NCBI GenBank assembly: GCA_023151315.1
Contig: JAKLJE010000011.1
Coordinates: 26,912-90,911, forward strand
Reading direction: 5' to 3'
Source: Bacteroidia bacterium
GTDB lineage: Bacteria > Bacteroidota > Bacteroidia > Palsa-965
Length of the DNA stretch: 64,000 nucleotides
Positions 20,438-29,921 of the stretch are shown piece by piece. Under the pieces are notes generated by a model, which did no database searches, had not been told where the DNA came from, and saw nothing but the letters and a program-made list of their open reading frames with translations. Within the stretch, counting starts at the first letter, position 1; the number at the start of each line of letters is the position of its first letter. A program made the position numbers and the translations under genes.

Positions 20438-20445
20438 TACCTTTG
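20438..20445 (+). promoter_or_regulatory. candidate -7 promoter box (TAnnTTTG)
   Basis: TACCTTTG lies 22 nt upstream of the ribBA ATG at 20467. Motif match only. Confidence 0.35.
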
Positions 20446-20466
20446 CACACATTAAACTATAACCCG

Positions 20467-21684
20467 ATGTCGGAAAAAGTGCTGAATACAATCGAAGAGG
20501 CAATTGAAGAAATCAAAGCCGGAAAGGTTGTGATTGTGGTTGATGATGAAGATCGTGAAAATGAAGGTGATTTCATCACTGCTGCAAGAAACGTTACACC
20601 TGAAGTCATCAACTTCATGGCCACACACGGTCGAGGTCTGATCTGCGCTTCCATTACGGAAGACAAGGCAGACGAGCTTGGACTTAAATTAATGGTACAG
20701 GAAAATTCTGCGACATACGAAACTCCGTTCACTGTTTCGATTGATTTGAAGGGCCATGGTTGCACAACCGGAATTTCCGCACACGACAGAGCAAAAACTA
20801 TTCAGGCTTTAATTGATCCGAAAATCAAACCGGAAGAATTCGGCAAGCCAGGACATATTTTCCCTTTGAGGGCGAAACGTGAAGGAGTATTACGCCGCAC
20901 AGGACATACTGAAGCTACCATTGATCTCGCTCGACTTGCAGGATTCGAACCTGCAGGAGCATTGGTGGAGATCATGAATGAGGACGGCACTATGGCGCGA
21001 CTTCCTCAATTGCTGGAGATCGCGAAAAAATTCAATCTGAAAATTGTATCGATTAAAGATCTTATTGAATATCGTCTGCGAACTGAAAGCAATGTTTCAC
21101 GAGAAGTGGAAATTGAATTGCCAACTGAACACGGCGATTTCAAAATGGTGGCGTATACACACTTGCCAACGGGACAACCGCATCTGGCGATTTACAAAGG
21201 TGAATGGAAAATTGACGAACCGATTCTGGTTCGTGTGCACAGCTCCTGCATGACAGGTGATATTTTCGGATCTTGTCGTTGCGATTGCGGTCCGCAGTTA
21301 CACAAAGCGATGGAGCTGATACAGAAAGAAGGCAAAGGCGTTATTCTGTACATGAATCAGGAAGGTCGCGGAATCGGTCTGTTGAATAAACTCAAAGCAT
21401 ACAAACTGCAAGAGCAAGGTCGCGATACAGTTGAAGCGAATCTTGAACTCGGTTTCAAAGAAGACGAGCGCGACTACGGTGTGGGTGCACAGATTCTTCG
21501 TGATTTGGGCGTTTCCAAAATCCGCTTGATGTCAAACAACCCGAAAAAGCGTGTTGGTCTGATGGGTTACGGTCTGGAGATTGTTTACAATGTGGAATTG
21601 GAAATCGCTTCCAACAAACACAACAAGCTCTATCTCGAAACGAAAAGAGACAAGCTCGGACACAGTCTGAAGCTTGATAAATAA
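20467..21684 (+). CDS. ribBA: bifunctional 3,4-dihydroxy-2-butanone-4-phosphate synthase / GTP cyclohydrolase II
   Basis: RibB block [12 protein letters not shown] ... RTGHTEA. RibA zinc-site cysteines [17 protein letters not shown] and [20 protein letters not shown] is a typical N-terminus, so the longer 20368 ORF start is unlikely. Confidence 0.92.
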   Translation: MSEKVLNTIEEAIEEIKAGKVVIVVDDEDRENEGDFITAARNVTPEVINFMATHGRGLICASITEDKADELGLKLMVQENSATYETPFTVSIDLKGHGCTTGISAHDRAKTIQALIDPKIKPEEFGKPGHIFPLRAKREGVLRRTGHTEATIDLARLAGFEPAGALVEIMNEDGTMARLPQLLEIAKKFNLKIVSIKDLIEYRLRTESNVSREVEIELPTEHGDFKMVAYTHLPTGQPHLAIYKGEWKIDEPILVRVHSSCMTGDIFGSCRCDCGPQLHKAMELIQKEGKGVILYMNQEGRGIGLLNKLKAYKLQEQGRDTVEANLELGFKEDERDYGVGAQILRDLGVSKIRLMSNNPKKRVGLMGYGLEIVYNVELEIASNKHNKLYLETKRDKLGHSLKLDK

Positions 21685-21735
21685 AGAGGATTCAGAAACT
21701 TTGTACCAAAACCGCACTTGTTTCGTTATTAATAC

Positions 21736-21981
21736 ATGAACAGAATCCTGCAGCTATTTTTCGTTTTTACCATCGCAGTCGCATTCGTGAATTGCAAAGC
21801 GAACGATGGTCCGACAAACGAATACAAGAACGCCAAAGTCCACGAGAGCGATCGCGTCGCTAAGGATCGTAAAAAGATGAATCGCCAAGCGGAAAAGCAG
21901 GCCAGGAAAAACATGAAAAATGCCCGCAAAGCGCAACGGAAAAAGAGCAGGAATTGGGGGAAGAAAGGGAGTTATCAATAG
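21736..21981 (+). CDS. small Lys/Arg-rich lipoprotein, unknown function
   Basis: 81 aa. Lipobox-like AFVNC, then a highly basic tail (KDRKKMNRQAEKQARKNMKNARKAQRKKSRNWGKKG). Confidence 0.45.
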   Translation: MNRILQLFFVFTIAVAFVNCKANDGPTNEYKNAKVHESDRVAKDRKKMNRQAEKQARKNMKNARKAQRKKSRNWGKKGSYQ

Positions 21982-22035
21982 ACGTTAGACCTTAGAAGTT
22001 AGACGTTAGACTCGGGATTGTAGACTTGAGAATAA
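21979..22035. repeat. 7-bp-period word array starting on a stop codon
   Basis: TAGACGT TAGACCT TAGAAGT TAGACGT TAGACTC GGGATTG TAGACTT GAGAATA. The first TAG is the stop codon of the 21736-21981 gene. Confidence 0.85.
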
Positions 22036-22111
22036 GTATTGATAAACGGGTCGCAGGAACGATTGACTTCGAAGCAAAACTTTTCCTATTTTTACGGCAA
22101 ATTTAATCATT

Positions 22112-22645
22112 ATGAATAAAGTGATTTCACCTCGTTTGGTATTCGTTATTTCCGCAGTTGCGATTGCAGCACTTACCCGTATTCTTCCTCACCCTCCGAA
22201 TTTCACAGCTGTAGGAGCAATGGCGTTATTGGCGGGAGCTTTAGTGCCAAACCGATTGCTGAGCCTGGTTATGCCAATGGCAGCTTTGTTCATTACAGAT
22301 CTTGTTCTCGGATTCCACAACACCATGTGGGCCGTATATGCAGCAGTAGGATTTACATCAATGATCGGCTGGATGATCAGTAAACGTCAGAATATTCTTA
22401 CAATCACTGCAGGATCTTTGATCTCCATTGCATCTTTCTTTTTCATCACAAACGCTGCAATGTGGGTTGTTGGTTTCTTCACTCAAGGTTTCTATCCAAC
22501 TACTGCAGCAGGTCTTGGACTTGCATTGGAATCAGGACTTCCATTTCTTACTAACGACATCATCAGCAACTTGCTGTTTACTGCCATATTCTTCGGTTCA
22601 TTCCACGCTCTGAGAATATGGAAACCGGCATTTGTGAAAGCGTAA
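22112..22645 (+). CDS. integral membrane protein (resembles the DUF6580 putative transport family)
   Basis: 177 aa with 5-6 TM helices. The N-terminal RILPHPPNFTAVGAMALLAGA motif matches that family as I recall it. Confidence 0.55.
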   Translation: MNKVISPRLVFVISAVAIAALTRILPHPPNFTAVGAMALLAGALVPNRLLSLVMPMAALFITDLVLGFHNTMWAVYAAVGFTSMIGWMISKRQNILTITAGSLISIASFFFITNAAMWVVGFFTQGFYPTTAAGLGLALESGLPFLTNDIISNLLFTAIFFGSFHALRIWKPAFVKA

Positions 22646-22664
22646 CGCACCACAAAATTCACTC

Positions 22665-22700
22665 AAAAGCGGCTCCTGAACTCAGGGGCCGCTTTTTTTT
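22665..22700 (+). terminator. rho-independent terminator
   Basis: GCGGCTCCTGA-AC-TCAGGGGCCGC stem-loop followed by TTTTTTTT, 20 nt after the stop at 22645. Confidence 0.8.
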
Positions 22701-22828
22701 CGGCATGTATCGCCTCATTCTTATACAATGTTGAAAGCGTAATAGGTTCCATGGGTGTTCGAATCGCCCCTTGCCGACCTGTTTTATGGAATTCGCTAAA
22801 TTGTTGCATCTTAAGCCAAACGAAGAAC

Positions 22829-23554
22829 ATGAAAACCCCTACTCTGCTGTTATTGCTGCTTTTTACCATACCTGTTACCGGATATTCACAGCGCAACTAC
22901 TTTGAATTCGGATTGGCCTACCGCTATGTTAACTTCCAGGAAGCAGATGTTTCGATCTCCCATATTAAATCTGATCAGCTGCGTCCGCATGAGTTGGACA
23001 TGAACTTTCGCTTTCCAACCCGCAACAACAAGTTGTATTACACTATGAACTTTGGTTGGACGCGTTACGATTATCTGCAAACGGATCAGAATATTCTTGG
23101 CCTGTGGACATGCGAAGATCTTTACGTTGATGCTATTGACGAAGAGTATCACGCGTTTCGTTTCAATCCGGGAGCGGAATATCAGGTGAGGAAAAAGAAG
23201 GTGGCGATGGAAATCGGAGCCGGACTCTATTGGTACAGTGCTCTTGCAGGTAAGAGAGAAGACATTCATTCTATCACCTATTATCATCACGACAGCATAA
23301 GCAACAGTTGTGTTGAAGACAGTATTTACCTGCACTCAGTAGTAAGTAAACCAAATGCACAAGCTGTTACGATAGCAGGATTAAGCGCACACCTCCGGCT
23401 TACCTACGAAATGCAAACCGGATTTATTTTCTGGGTGGCCGGATCTGTTAACCCCGGTTACAGTTTCAACATCAAGTATCTGACGCTGTCTCCCGGAGTG
23501 AGTGCAGGTGTTAACTTCCGTATTCGTCCGAAGGAAAGACAGAACCAAGGTTAG
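22829..23554 (+). CDS. hypothetical outer-membrane beta-barrel-like protein
   Basis: The ATG at 22829 gives the signal peptide MKTPTLLLLLLFTIPVTGYSQ. Alternating beta-strand pattern rich in Y/F/W/G. Confidence 0.5.
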   Translation: MKTPTLLLLLLFTIPVTGYSQRNYFEFGLAYRYVNFQEADVSISHIKSDQLRPHELDMNFRFPTRNNKLYYTMNFGWTRYDYLQTDQNILGLWTCEDLYVDAIDEEYHAFRFNPGAEYQVRKKKVAMEIGAGLYWYSALAGKREDIHSITYYHHDSISNSCVEDSIYLHSVVSKPNAQAVTIAGLSAHLRLTYEMQTGFIFWVAGSVNPGYSFNIKYLTLSPGVSAGVNFRIRPKERQNQG

Positions 23555-24465
23555 TCTTCACTGAATCTTTTCAGATCACTCATCTTAAAATCCCATTCAG
23601 GCGTATTCAATTCTCCATCTGAATGAATTCTGTACCAAGGTGAAATTGAAGGCTCTTTGAAATTCTTCAACACATGAATTTCCTGCGCAGGCATGTAACT
23701 CTGCGCAAGCATAAAGAGTTTTTCTCCTTTTGAATTCCTGCAAACATCCACCACAATAACCGCGTGTCCCGGCGATCCGCCCTGAATGAATACATCACCA
23801 ATCTGTAAGGAATCCGGTGTTACAGAAATCATTTCTTTTGACAATGATAATGTACCTGCATATGTAAATACATTGTTCATGAAAGTTCGAAGTGTTCGAT
23901 GTTCTCGTATATCTGACTTTCTGCCGGTGCTTACTTTCGTTACTTTATTTCCATTCACTTTCAACTGAACACCATTGCACCATTCTGTATAGTCACACCG
24001 ATCTCCGCTGGTGTAGTTGAAATGTATGCTGCTGTAACGACCTGCACTGAATAAATATTCCGCACGCAGACGCATTGTTGCATCAGCACATTGTTGCAAA
24101 TCAACTTTACCAGGATCAATATTGATTACCGCAGCGTGTACATCCTGTCGCCATTTCTCATTGCCGTTGTACAACAATACCTTCTTGTTTTCGGGATGCA
24201 ACGGGAGATAACGCAACCACTCTCCGAAAGAACCGCTGTCAGCAGCTATGCGCTGAAACCCGGATGGAACTTCAAAACGATTAACAAGTGTATAGAATGA
24301 ATCTGACGAGATGTTTTCCAACCACGCGTATCTCACATGATTCGGAACTTTAATCGTCGTGTTCACAGATTCCTGATCTCGTATATCACCGTCTTTCGCG
24401 TCAGCAGAAACACATCCCTGAACCAGTGTGCTGATTATCGCTATAGAGAATACCAGTGCCTTCAT
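23551..24465 (-). CDS. secreted protein (resembles the DUF4846 family)
   Basis: Lipoprotein-like signal (VQGC). Conserved-looking blocks DLQQCADATMRLRAEYLF, GDVFIQGGSPGHAVIVVDV and LAQSYMPAQEIHVL. Confidence 0.5.
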   Translation of the reverse strand: MKALVFSIAIISTLVQGCVSADAKDGDIRDQESVNTTIKVPNHVRYAWLENISSDSFYTLVNRFEVPSGFQRIAADSGSFGEWLRYLPLHPENKKVLLYNGNEKWRQDVHAAVINIDPGKVDLQQCADATMRLRAEYLFSAGRYSSIHFNYTSGDRCDYTEWCNGVQLKVNGNKVTKVSTGRKSDIREHRTLRTFMNNVFTYAGTLSLSKEMISVTPDSLQIGDVFIQGGSPGHAVIVVDVCRNSKGEKLFMLAQSYMPAQEIHVLKNFKEPSISPWYRIHSDGELNTPEWDFKMSDLKRFSED

Positions 24466-24989
24466 TTACCGAACAATTTCCGTTTCTCTTTCGGCTGATA
24501 GAAATGTATCGCCACGGATAACGTGTTACGATACTTGAACGGAAAAAGCGATGTATTGTTACTCACGAATGTTCGACCGAAGTACACACTTATTCTGCCG
24601 AAAACACACAGACCGGCTTCTGCGGTTAAACCGAATACACCCGAACTGAAGTTTGTAAAGTATCGAGGTGTAACGCGAAAGCCAGCAAGCAAACGGAAGT
24701 ACTCGTAAGAAAGCCCGGGTGCAAGAACAGTTTCTCCTTCGTAGCTGCCTGCAAGACATGTGAGCGACAAATGCTGACCTGAAATCGTATGCTTTCCTAT
24801 CTGTTTCACGCGAGCAATGCCGCCTGCAATATAGGCTGAATGAAATCCGGGATAAACGTAACCGACCTGCGCCGTTCCGCAGTATCTGGTCATTTTCTCT
24901 TTCAGCTTATCACGCAATGGCTCATCAAATGCAGAAGCATCCTGACTTAAGAAAATAAGAAACAGTAAAATAATGCAGCGAGACGGCAT
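24462..24989 (-). CDS. hypothetical small secreted / outer-membrane protein
   Basis: 175 aa with a signal peptide and a Gly/aromatic-rich beta pattern. 4-nt overlap with the downstream gene and 6 nt after the giant repeat gene. Confidence 0.45.
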   Translation of the reverse strand: MPSRCIILLFLIFLSQDASAFDEPLRDKLKEKMTRYCGTAQVGYVYPGFHSAYIAGGIARVKQIGKHTISGQHLSLTCLAGSYEGETVLAPGLSYEYFRLLAGFRVTPRYFTNFSSGVFGLTAEAGLCVFGRISVYFGRTFVSNNTSLFPFKYRNTLSVAIHFYQPKEKRKLFGK

Positions 24990-24995
24990 CTTCGT

Positions 24996-27900
24996 TTACT
25001 TCGGCTGAACCTTTTGTTGTTCCTGCTGAATGTAACCCGGTGAAGTTTCGTAATTGAATGTTCCTTCAGAAATCTGAACTCCATCCTTGAAGTAGAACGT
25101 TCCCCAAGAGTAAGACTTCTTGGTGTACACGTAGCCTTTGTCTCCGATTACAACAATACGCTTGATAGTCGTTGTTCCTCCGTCTTTCTCTTCAACGGTT
25201 GTCAATCCTTGCGGATATGTGCGTGCTACTTCGTTACGATAATCCTCTTTTATTTGCTCCGGAGTACGCGCCGTATCCTTAACAACTACAGGATTCAGCT
25301 TCTTGTCGCATTCATTGATCTTCTGCTTCGGATACAATTCCATCGGCTTTTCTTTCAAAGCGTCCTGATACAATTTCTTTGCTCCTGCCCAATCGGAAGC
25401 GGCAAACTTAGCATCCGCTTTCTTAATGAGATCGTCATAGCGTTTCTGCTTGGCCGCATCAAGTGCCTGATCCGCAAGCAAACGTTGACATTCACCGAAT
25501 CGGTCTTTCGGATATGTTTCACTTGGTTTCTGCGTTGAAGCATCCTGATACTTCGCTTTTGCGCCGGCATAGTCCTTTGCATTGAACAGGCTATCTGCAG
25601 TTGCAAGGGTTGCGCGATACTTGGCTTCTTTAGCATTGCCGGCATTGATCGCAGCCAGACGCTTATTGATTTCATCCAGTTGTGCTTTCGGATACGCTTG
25701 ACCCGGTTTCAGTGTCAATGCATACTCATAACGCGATTTCGCCGTTTCATAGTCCTCCGCCTTGAATGCAGAATCTCCTTTTGCAATAGCACGCGAGTAA
25801 TTCACATCCAAACCTTCAGCTTCCGCAATCTTTTGATCACAAATGGCGATCTGATCTTTCGGATATTGCTCTCCTGATTTCAGTGCCAATGCTTCCTGAT
25901 ACTTCGATTTCGCACCCGCCCACGCTGATGATTTGAACATCTGATCCGCAGAAGCAATCAATGCATTGTAATTCTTATCAAGTCCTGACTTGGCGATATT
26001 TTCATCGCAAGCAGCAATTCTGTCTTTTGGATATTGTTCTGCAGGACGCATTGCTGAAGCATCCTGATACAATTTCTTCGCACCTGCCCAATCCGAAGTA
26101 TTAAACTTCGCATCAGCAGCAGCGATAGCATCGTTGTACTTCTTGTTGGCTGCATTTGCAATATTCTCATCGCACTTCTTGATCTGATCGGCAGGATACG
26201 CTTCACCTGATTTGATCGAAAGAGCTTCTTCATACTTCGCTTTTGCTCCCGCCCAATCCGAAAGTTTGAATTTCGCATCGGCTGCCGCAATCGCAGCATT
26301 GTACGATTTATCTGTTCCGGCTTTAGCAATATTCTCCTCACATTTTGCAATCTGATCTTTCGGATATTGTTCCGTAGTTTTCACAGCAGATGCCTGCGTG
26401 TACAACGCTTTCGCTCCTGCCCAATCCAATGCACCAAACTTCGTATCTGCCTGCTTGATAAGATCAGCATACTTTTTCTCTGTACTTACAAGCGCAAGCT
26501 TTTCATCACAGATCTTAATTTGATCCTTTGGATACTGTTCTTCAGTTTTCACAGCAGAGGCCTGCGAGTACAAAGGTTTTGCAGTAGCGTAATCTTCCGC
26601 TTTGAACTTCTCGTCAGCTTTCGCAATGAGATCATTATACTGCTTATCCTTTCCGGATTTTGCAATCAAATCATCACATTCTTTGATTTTATCCTTCGGA
26701 TAAACTTCAGCCGGACGCGCAGTGCTCGCTTCCTTGTACTTTACTTTCGCCGCCGAATAATCTGAGAGCTTAAAGAGTGAATCTGCCGAAGCAATGATGG
26801 CATTGTACTTCGTATCTTTCTCTCCCTGAATATTCTTATCGCACTCTGCGGCTTTGTCTTTCGGATATTGTTCTTCCGCTTTCACGGCAGATGCCTGCAA
26901 GTAAATCGCTTTCGCCCCGGCCCAATCTTTTGCAGCAAACTTATCGTCTGCCTTTGCAATCAGATCTGCATACTGTTTGTCCTTACCTTGCTTGTTGATG
27001 TTCTCATCACAGATCTTGATCTGATCTTTAGGATAGACTTCCGCAGCTTTCAATGCTGATGCCTGCTGGTACAACGACTTCGCTCCTGCCCAATCAGAAC
27101 CTTTGAACTTGTCATCGGCTTGCGCGATCAAATCAGCATACTGCTTATCTTTTTCAGCGCCTGCAATATTCTTATCACAAATGATAATCTGATCCTTCGG
27201 ATACTTCTCTGCAGCCTTCAATGCTGATGCACGCTGATAATCCGCCTTTGCTCCTGCCCAATCAGATGATTTGAACTTTGCATCCGCAGCGGCTATCGCA
27301 TCATCATATTGCTTCTGCACTCCTTGCTTCGCAAGTTCCGCATCACATTTCGCCATCTGATCTTTCGGATACTTCTCAGCAGTTTTTACATCTGACGCTT
27401 GCTGATAAACAGCTTTCGCTCCGGCAAAATCTGCCGCTTTGAACTTCGCGTCCGCATCTGCAATCAGATCGTTGTATTGTTTATCAATTCCGGCTTTAGC
27501 AATGTTTGCATCGCATTTCGCCATCTGATCTTTCGGATACTGTTCAGATGATTTGATATCCGAAGCTTTCTGATATTCTGCTTTCGCTCCTGCCCAATCC
27601 GCTGCTTTGAATTTTGCATCTGCTGCAGCAAGTGCGTCTTTGTATTGCTTATCAATTTCAGCTTTGCCGAGATTCTCATCACATTTTGCAATCTGATCTT
27701 TCGGATATTGCTCCGCAGTTTTCAATGCAGAAGCTTCCTGATACTTCGCCTTTGCTCCCGTCCAATCAGAAGTCTTGAACTTCGCATCAGCCGCAGCAAT
27801 CGCATCGTTGTACTGCTTATCCAGACCGGCTTTCTTGATGTTCTCATCACAAATTACGATCTGATCCTTCGGATACTTCTCTTCCGCCTTCAGTTTGGAC

Positions 27901-29726
27901 GCTTCTTCATATTTCGCCTTCGCTCCCGACCAATCAGAAGCTTTGAACTTCGCATCGGCAGCAGCAATGGCCGCGTCGTATTGTTTCTGCGTTCCCGCTT
28001 TTGCAATCTCTGCATCGCACTTCACAATCTGATCCTTCGGATAAGCTTCCGTTGCTTTGAGTGTCGACGCTTTTTGATAATCCGCTTTCGCTCCGGCCCA
28101 ATCAGAGGCTTTGAACTTCGCATCTGCAGCAGCAATAGCCTCATCATACTGTTTCTGCAATCCGGCTTTCGCGATCTCTGCGTCACACTTCACAATCTGA
28201 TCTTTCGGATACGTTTCCGTTGCTTTCAACGCGGAAGCCTTCTGATATTCTGCTTTCGCTCCTGCCCAATCAGAAGCTTTGAACTTCGCATCAGCTGCAG
28301 CAATGGCATCATCATATTGTTTCTGCAGTCCTGCTTTCGCGATCTCTGCGTCACACTTCACAATCTGATCTTTAGGATAGGCTTCCGTTGCTTTCAATGC
28401 TGAAGCTTTCTGATATTCTGCTTTCGCTCCTGCCCAATCCGATGCTTTGAACTTCGCATCTGCCGCTGCAATTGCATCATCATACTGTTTCTGCAATCCG
28501 GCTTTCGCAATCTCAGCATCGCATTTTACAATCTGATCTTTAGGATACGTTTCTGAAGGAAGAATTCCCGAAGCTTTCTGGTAATCCGCTTTTGCTCCTG
28601 TCCAATCAGATGCTTTGAACTTCGCATCTGCTGCTGCAATAGCATCGTCGTACTGTTTGCGCTGACCGGCTTTAGCAATTTCAGCGTCACACTTCACGAT
28701 CTGATCTTTCGGATATTGTTCCGTTGTCTTGATTCCCGATGCTTCCTGATATTTAGCTTTCGCTCCAGCCCAATCAGAAGCTTTGAACTTCGCATCGGCA
28801 GCGGCAATTGCTTCATCGTATTGTTTCTGCTTGCCGGCTTCCGCGATCTTCTGATCGCACAAAACAATTCTGTCTTTCGGATATTGTTCAGCAACTTTCA
28901 GTGCCGATGCTTTCTGATATTGCGACTTCGCTCCTGCGTAATCTCCTGCTGTAAACAATCGATCGCCCTCAGCAATTGCTGTTTTGTAATCAGCATCCAG
29001 TTTGGCTGATGCTCCGAGCTTCTCATCACATTTAGCAATCTGATCTTTCGGATATTGTTCATTCGGCAAATACGTCAATGCTTCGTTGTACTTGTCTTTC
29101 GCACCTTGCCAGTTTGATTGACCAAAGAGTTTATCAGCCGCTTCAATGGCTGCGTCATATAACTTCTGCTTGGCACGCGCTTCTGCTTCGAGCTGACGTA
29201 ATTTGTCAATACATGCCTGAATGGAGGCTGTATAAACCTTGTCGTAGTCGAAGTCGTCAACATCTTTTGCAGGATTGAAACTTACTTTAGCTACGGGTTT
29301 ATCCAGACAGGAATAATCCAATCCCGGAAACAATTTGAAAAGTCCGACTTCAATATCAAATTCAGCGAACGGGAATTCGCCTCGCTCTGCTGGTACATTA
29401 TAAGTTGAAATTGAAAACTTCTTTGTGATATAACCCGGCTTTGTAATAGTTACTGTGTATTCATTGTTCGGATCAAGAACGAATTTGAACTTACCTCCGT
29501 TAGAAGTTGTCTGACTCTGTACCTGCGTTGAGCCTTTCAACAATGTACAAATCGCACCTTCAAGAGCAATGTCTTTTCCCTTCTTCTCGTTAAACTCGGT
29601 GACCTTGCCACCGAACTTAAATTGCCACGCCGGAGGAGCGGGTGCCTGGGAATATGCAGCTACTGCCGTAAAGCAGAAAAATGCAATCAATAGATTTCTT
29701 ACAAAACCGGAATTCAGCAACAACAT
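24996..29726 (-). CDS. 1576-aa secreted tandem-repeat (TPR-like helical) protein
   Basis: Signal peptide. N-terminal carboxypeptidase-regulatory-like beta-sandwich (GAICTLLKGSTQVQSQTTSNGGKFKF). About 23 units of ~56 aa (QYDDAIAAADAKFKASDWAGAKAEYQKASALKATEAYPKDQIVKCDAEIAKAGLQK). Distinct 99-aa C-terminal domain (YPQGLTTVEEKDGGTTTIKRIVVIGDKGYVY ... GTFYFKDG). Confidence 0.75.
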   Translation of the reverse strand: MLLLNSGFVRNLLIAFFCFTAVAAYSQAPAPPAWQFKFGGKVTEFNEKKGKDIALEGAICTLLKGSTQVQSQTTSNGGKFKFVLDPNNEYTVTITKPGYITKKFSISTYNVPAERGEFPFAEFDIEVGLFKLFPGLDYSCLDKPVAKVSFNPAKDVDDFDYDKVYTASIQACIDKLRQLEAEARAKQKLYDAAIEAADKLFGQSNWQGAKDKYNEALTYLPNEQYPKDQIAKCDEKLGASAKLDADYKTAIAEGDRLFTAGDYAGAKSQYQKASALKVAEQYPKDRIVLCDQKIAEAGKQKQYDEAIAAADAKFKASDWAGAKAKYQEASGIKTTEQYPKDQIVKCDAEIAKAGQRKQYDDAIAAADAKFKASDWTGAKADYQKASGILPSETYPKDQIVKCDAEIAKAGLQKQYDDAIAAADAKFKASDWAGAKAEYQKASALKATEAYPKDQIVKCDAEIAKAGLQKQYDDAIAAADAKFKASDWAGAKAEYQKASALKATETYPKDQIVKCDAEIAKAGLQKQYDEAIAAADAKFKASDWAGAKADYQKASTLKATEAYPKDQIVKCDAEIAKAGTQKQYDAAIAAADAKFKASDWSGAKAKYEEASKLKAEEKYPKDQIVICDENIKKAGLDKQYNDAIAAADAKFKTSDWTGAKAKYQEASALKTAEQYPKDQIAKCDENLGKAEIDKQYKDALAAADAKFKAADWAGAKAEYQKASDIKSSEQYPKDQMAKCDANIAKAGIDKQYNDLIADADAKFKAADFAGAKAVYQQASDVKTAEKYPKDQMAKCDAELAKQGVQKQYDDAIAAADAKFKSSDWAGAKADYQRASALKAAEKYPKDQIIICDKNIAGAEKDKQYADLIAQADDKFKGSDWAGAKSLYQQASALKAAEVYPKDQIKICDENINKQGKDKQYADLIAKADDKFAAKDWAGAKAIYLQASAVKAEEQYPKDKAAECDKNIQGEKDTKYNAIIASADSLFKLSDYSAAKVKYKEASTARPAEVYPKDKIKECDDLIAKSGKDKQYNDLIAKADEKFKAEDYATAKPLYSQASAVKTEEQYPKDQIKICDEKLALVSTEKKYADLIKQADTKFGALDWAGAKALYTQASAVKTTEQYPKDQIAKCEENIAKAGTDKSYNAAIAAADAKFKLSDWAGAKAKYEEALSIKSGEAYPADQIKKCDENIANAANKKYNDAIAAADAKFNTSDWAGAKKLYQDASAMRPAEQYPKDRIAACDENIAKSGLDKNYNALIASADQMFKSSAWAGAKSKYQEALALKSGEQYPKDQIAICDQKIAEAEGLDVNYSRAIAKGDSAFKAEDYETAKSRYEYALTLKPGQAYPKAQLDEINKRLAAINAGNAKEAKYRATLATADSLFNAKDYAGAKAKYQDASTQKPSETYPKDRFGECQRLLADQALDAAKQKRYDDLIKKADAKFAASDWAGAKKLYQDALKEKPMELYPKQKINECDKKLNPVVVKDTARTPEQIKEDYRNEVARTYPQGLTTVEEKDGGTTTIKRIVVIGDKGYVYTKKSYSWGTFYFKDGVQISEGTFNYETSPGYIQQEQQKVQPK
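25296..29168 (-). repeat. intragenic tandem array of ~168-bp (56-codon) units, about 23 copies
   Basis: The motif YP[KA]DQ-x-x-x-C[DE] recurs 23 times at 56-aa spacing. Units around 27990-28830 are nearly identical in DNA. The antisense strand carries long artefactual ORFs (e.g. 27645-28403). Confidence 0.9.
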
Positions 29727-29921
29727 ATTTTAAGCTGGTGGGTGTTTTCTTTGGAACTGCGAATATCGGCAAAAAACGGCATTTTACCTATCCATTTAGT
29801 GGCTAATCACAAGAAGTAACAGACATTTTCCGTGCCAGAAAAAAACCGCTTAAAAGTGCCCGAATTTGATCATTTTTCGTTGCCTCGGGGATGATTACAT
29901 TTGACATCACACTTAAAAAGT

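Noticed and set aside
20307-20466. FMN riboswitch upstream of ribBA
   Set aside because: The 160-nt leader lacks the conserved RFN core segments (for example the GGGxxGGTGxAAxTCC and GCCGAC-type blocks) and has no extended helices. Only a promoter-like TACCTTTG box is present.
20368-20466. N-terminal extension of ribBA (ORF track start at 20368)
   Set aside because: The extension has no similarity to RibB N-termini and would include the candidate promoter box. The ATG at 20467 gives the canonical [13 protein letters not shown] start.
27645-28403. 252-aa plus-strand ORF (and several 60-130-aa ORFs) antisense to the giant repeat gene
   Set aside because: The translation is low-complexity (repeated LRI/FRS strings) and follows the 168-bp periodicity of the sense repeats. 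Absence of antisense stops is a by-product of the repeated Ala/Lys/Asp codons. There is no independent start context or motif.
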